From: Candidatus Saccharimonadales bacterium
GTDB lineage: Bacteria > Patescibacteriota > Saccharimonadia > Saccharimonadales > JACQNP01
Assembly (NCBI GenBank): GCA_046350695.1
Contig: JAXLZX010000003.1
Coordinates: 2,236-66,235 of the forward strand
Length of the DNA stretch: 64,000 nucleotides
Direction of reading: 5' to 3'
Every line of letters starts with the position of its first letter. Within the stretch, counting starts at the first letter, position 1. Positions 63,489-64,000 of the stretch are shown piece by piece. A program made the position numbers and the translations under genes. The notes beneath the pieces were generated by a model. It searched no databases. It was not told the origin of the DNA and was given only the letters and a program-made list of their open reading frames with translations.

Positions 63489-63992
63489 ATGATCAGAGCA
63501 ATTGTAGTAATAGACGAAAAGCGTGGCATAGCCGATAATAACGGCATACCTTGGGCCGGTAGAATTCCCTCGGATACAAAATACTATCAGAAGAAAATTT
63601 TAGGCCACGATGTTATTATGGGATTCAATCTATATCAAGAATTAACCAGGCCGTATCCAAACTGCAATAACTATGTAGTAACTCGACAGAGAACTGAGCT
63701 TCGCGAAGGGTTTATCAGTATCAACGACCCCTATGATTTAATTTTGAACTACAAAGGGGATTTATGGAACATTGGTGGGTCGGGCCTTTACGCTAGTACT
63801 TTGGATCTAAATGACGAGCTTTATATTACGCAACTTAGTGGTGAATATGGCTGCACCAAGTTCTTTCCAGAAATCAATAAAAAGTTTAGCCTTGTCAAGG
63901 AATCGAATCCCATAACAGAGGATAAGATTACTTTTACTTTTCAGGTATGGAAAAGAGTTGAAATAAAAACTTTTCAAAGTTTAAGAAATTAG
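63489..63992 (+). CDS. folA: dihydrofolate reductase-like protein
   Basis: MIRAIVVIDEKRGIADNNGIPW..., ...VIMGFNLYQEL and GGSGLY are DHFR-type motifs. Confidence 0.7.
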   Translation: MIRAIVVIDEKRGIADNNGIPWAGRIPSDTKYYQKKILGHDVIMGFNLYQELTRPYPNCNNYVVTRQRTELREGFISINDPYDLILNYKGDLWNIGGSGLYASTLDLNDELYITQLSGEYGCTKFFPEINKKFSLVKESNPITEDKITFTFQVWKRVEIKTFQSLRN

Positions 63993-64000
63993 TTAAAATA

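Noticed and set aside
1-64000. CRISPR arrays, rRNA genes, tmRNA, RNase P or SRP RNA, IS elements with transposases, and recoding of TGA.
   Set aside because: There are no regularly spaced direct repeats. No rRNA-like or other conserved ncRNA sequence was recognised. The only mobility genes are the two serine recombinases. Well-supported genes (recA, pilB, purL and others) terminate normally at TGA, TAA or TAG, so the standard bacterial code applies.

Overview
This is a low-GC, gene-dense bacterial chromosome segment. The gene set is reduced and Gram-positive-like (monoderm): sortase/LPXTG, RNase Y-YmdB, and a type IV pilus locus without a secretin. I infer a CPR/Patescibacteria organism, most plausibly Saccharimonadia/TM7-like, but this is not proven. 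TGA, TAA and TAG all behave as stop codons.

Gene order, left to right:
- Type IV pilus locus on the minus strand, 0.6-10.8 kb: pilB, pilC, pilA, three minor or pseudopilins, pilM, pilN, pilO.
- recA, a Nudix gene, a DUF1361 gene and recX.
- A lamin-tail-domain surface protein, then tsaE and tsaB.
- A sortase homologue lacking the catalytic His and Cys.
- rny, an MBL-fold hydrolase gene and a ymdB-like gene.
- Island 1, about 20.98-27.62 kb: conserved leader, tRNA-Pro, intact large serine recombinase, small HTH gene, ORFans, a dehydrogenase and several gene fragments.
- Envelope and transport genes: Lnt-like, CAP-domain, and a TPCP-motif P1B ATPase.
- tRNA-Gly.
- Island 2, about 35.5-43.7 kb: a paralogous leader, tRNA-Arg(TCT), a decayed recombinase, a frameshifted HTH gene, and purN, purS-S-L, purQ and purM.
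- A DEAD-box helicase and tRNA-His.
- A surface cluster: cohesin-like protein, polysaccharide deacetylase with two CBM-like repeats, a 55-aa LPNTG peptide, an active sortase and a GT2 synthase.
- mraY, a P-loop kinase, a HAD gene, an HTH-murA fusion, glyA and murB.
- tRNA-Arg(TCG).
- terC plus a minimal K+ channel.
- An OmpR/histidine-kinase pair.
- folC (frameshifted at its 3' end) and a DHFR gene.

I found five tRNAs, all with encoded CCA. I found no rRNA and no CRISPR array.

The most interesting signal is a family of serine-recombinase islands. In both copies a homologous frame (leader, terminator, antisense-overlapping recombinase, HTH) surrounds a different tRNA gene. Short edge motifs behave like attL/attR halves of an unsplit site. 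One copy has decayed in place and carries an orphan three-step purine-synthesis segment.

All similarity statements are by-eye reads of the sequence and ORF translations. No database search was run.
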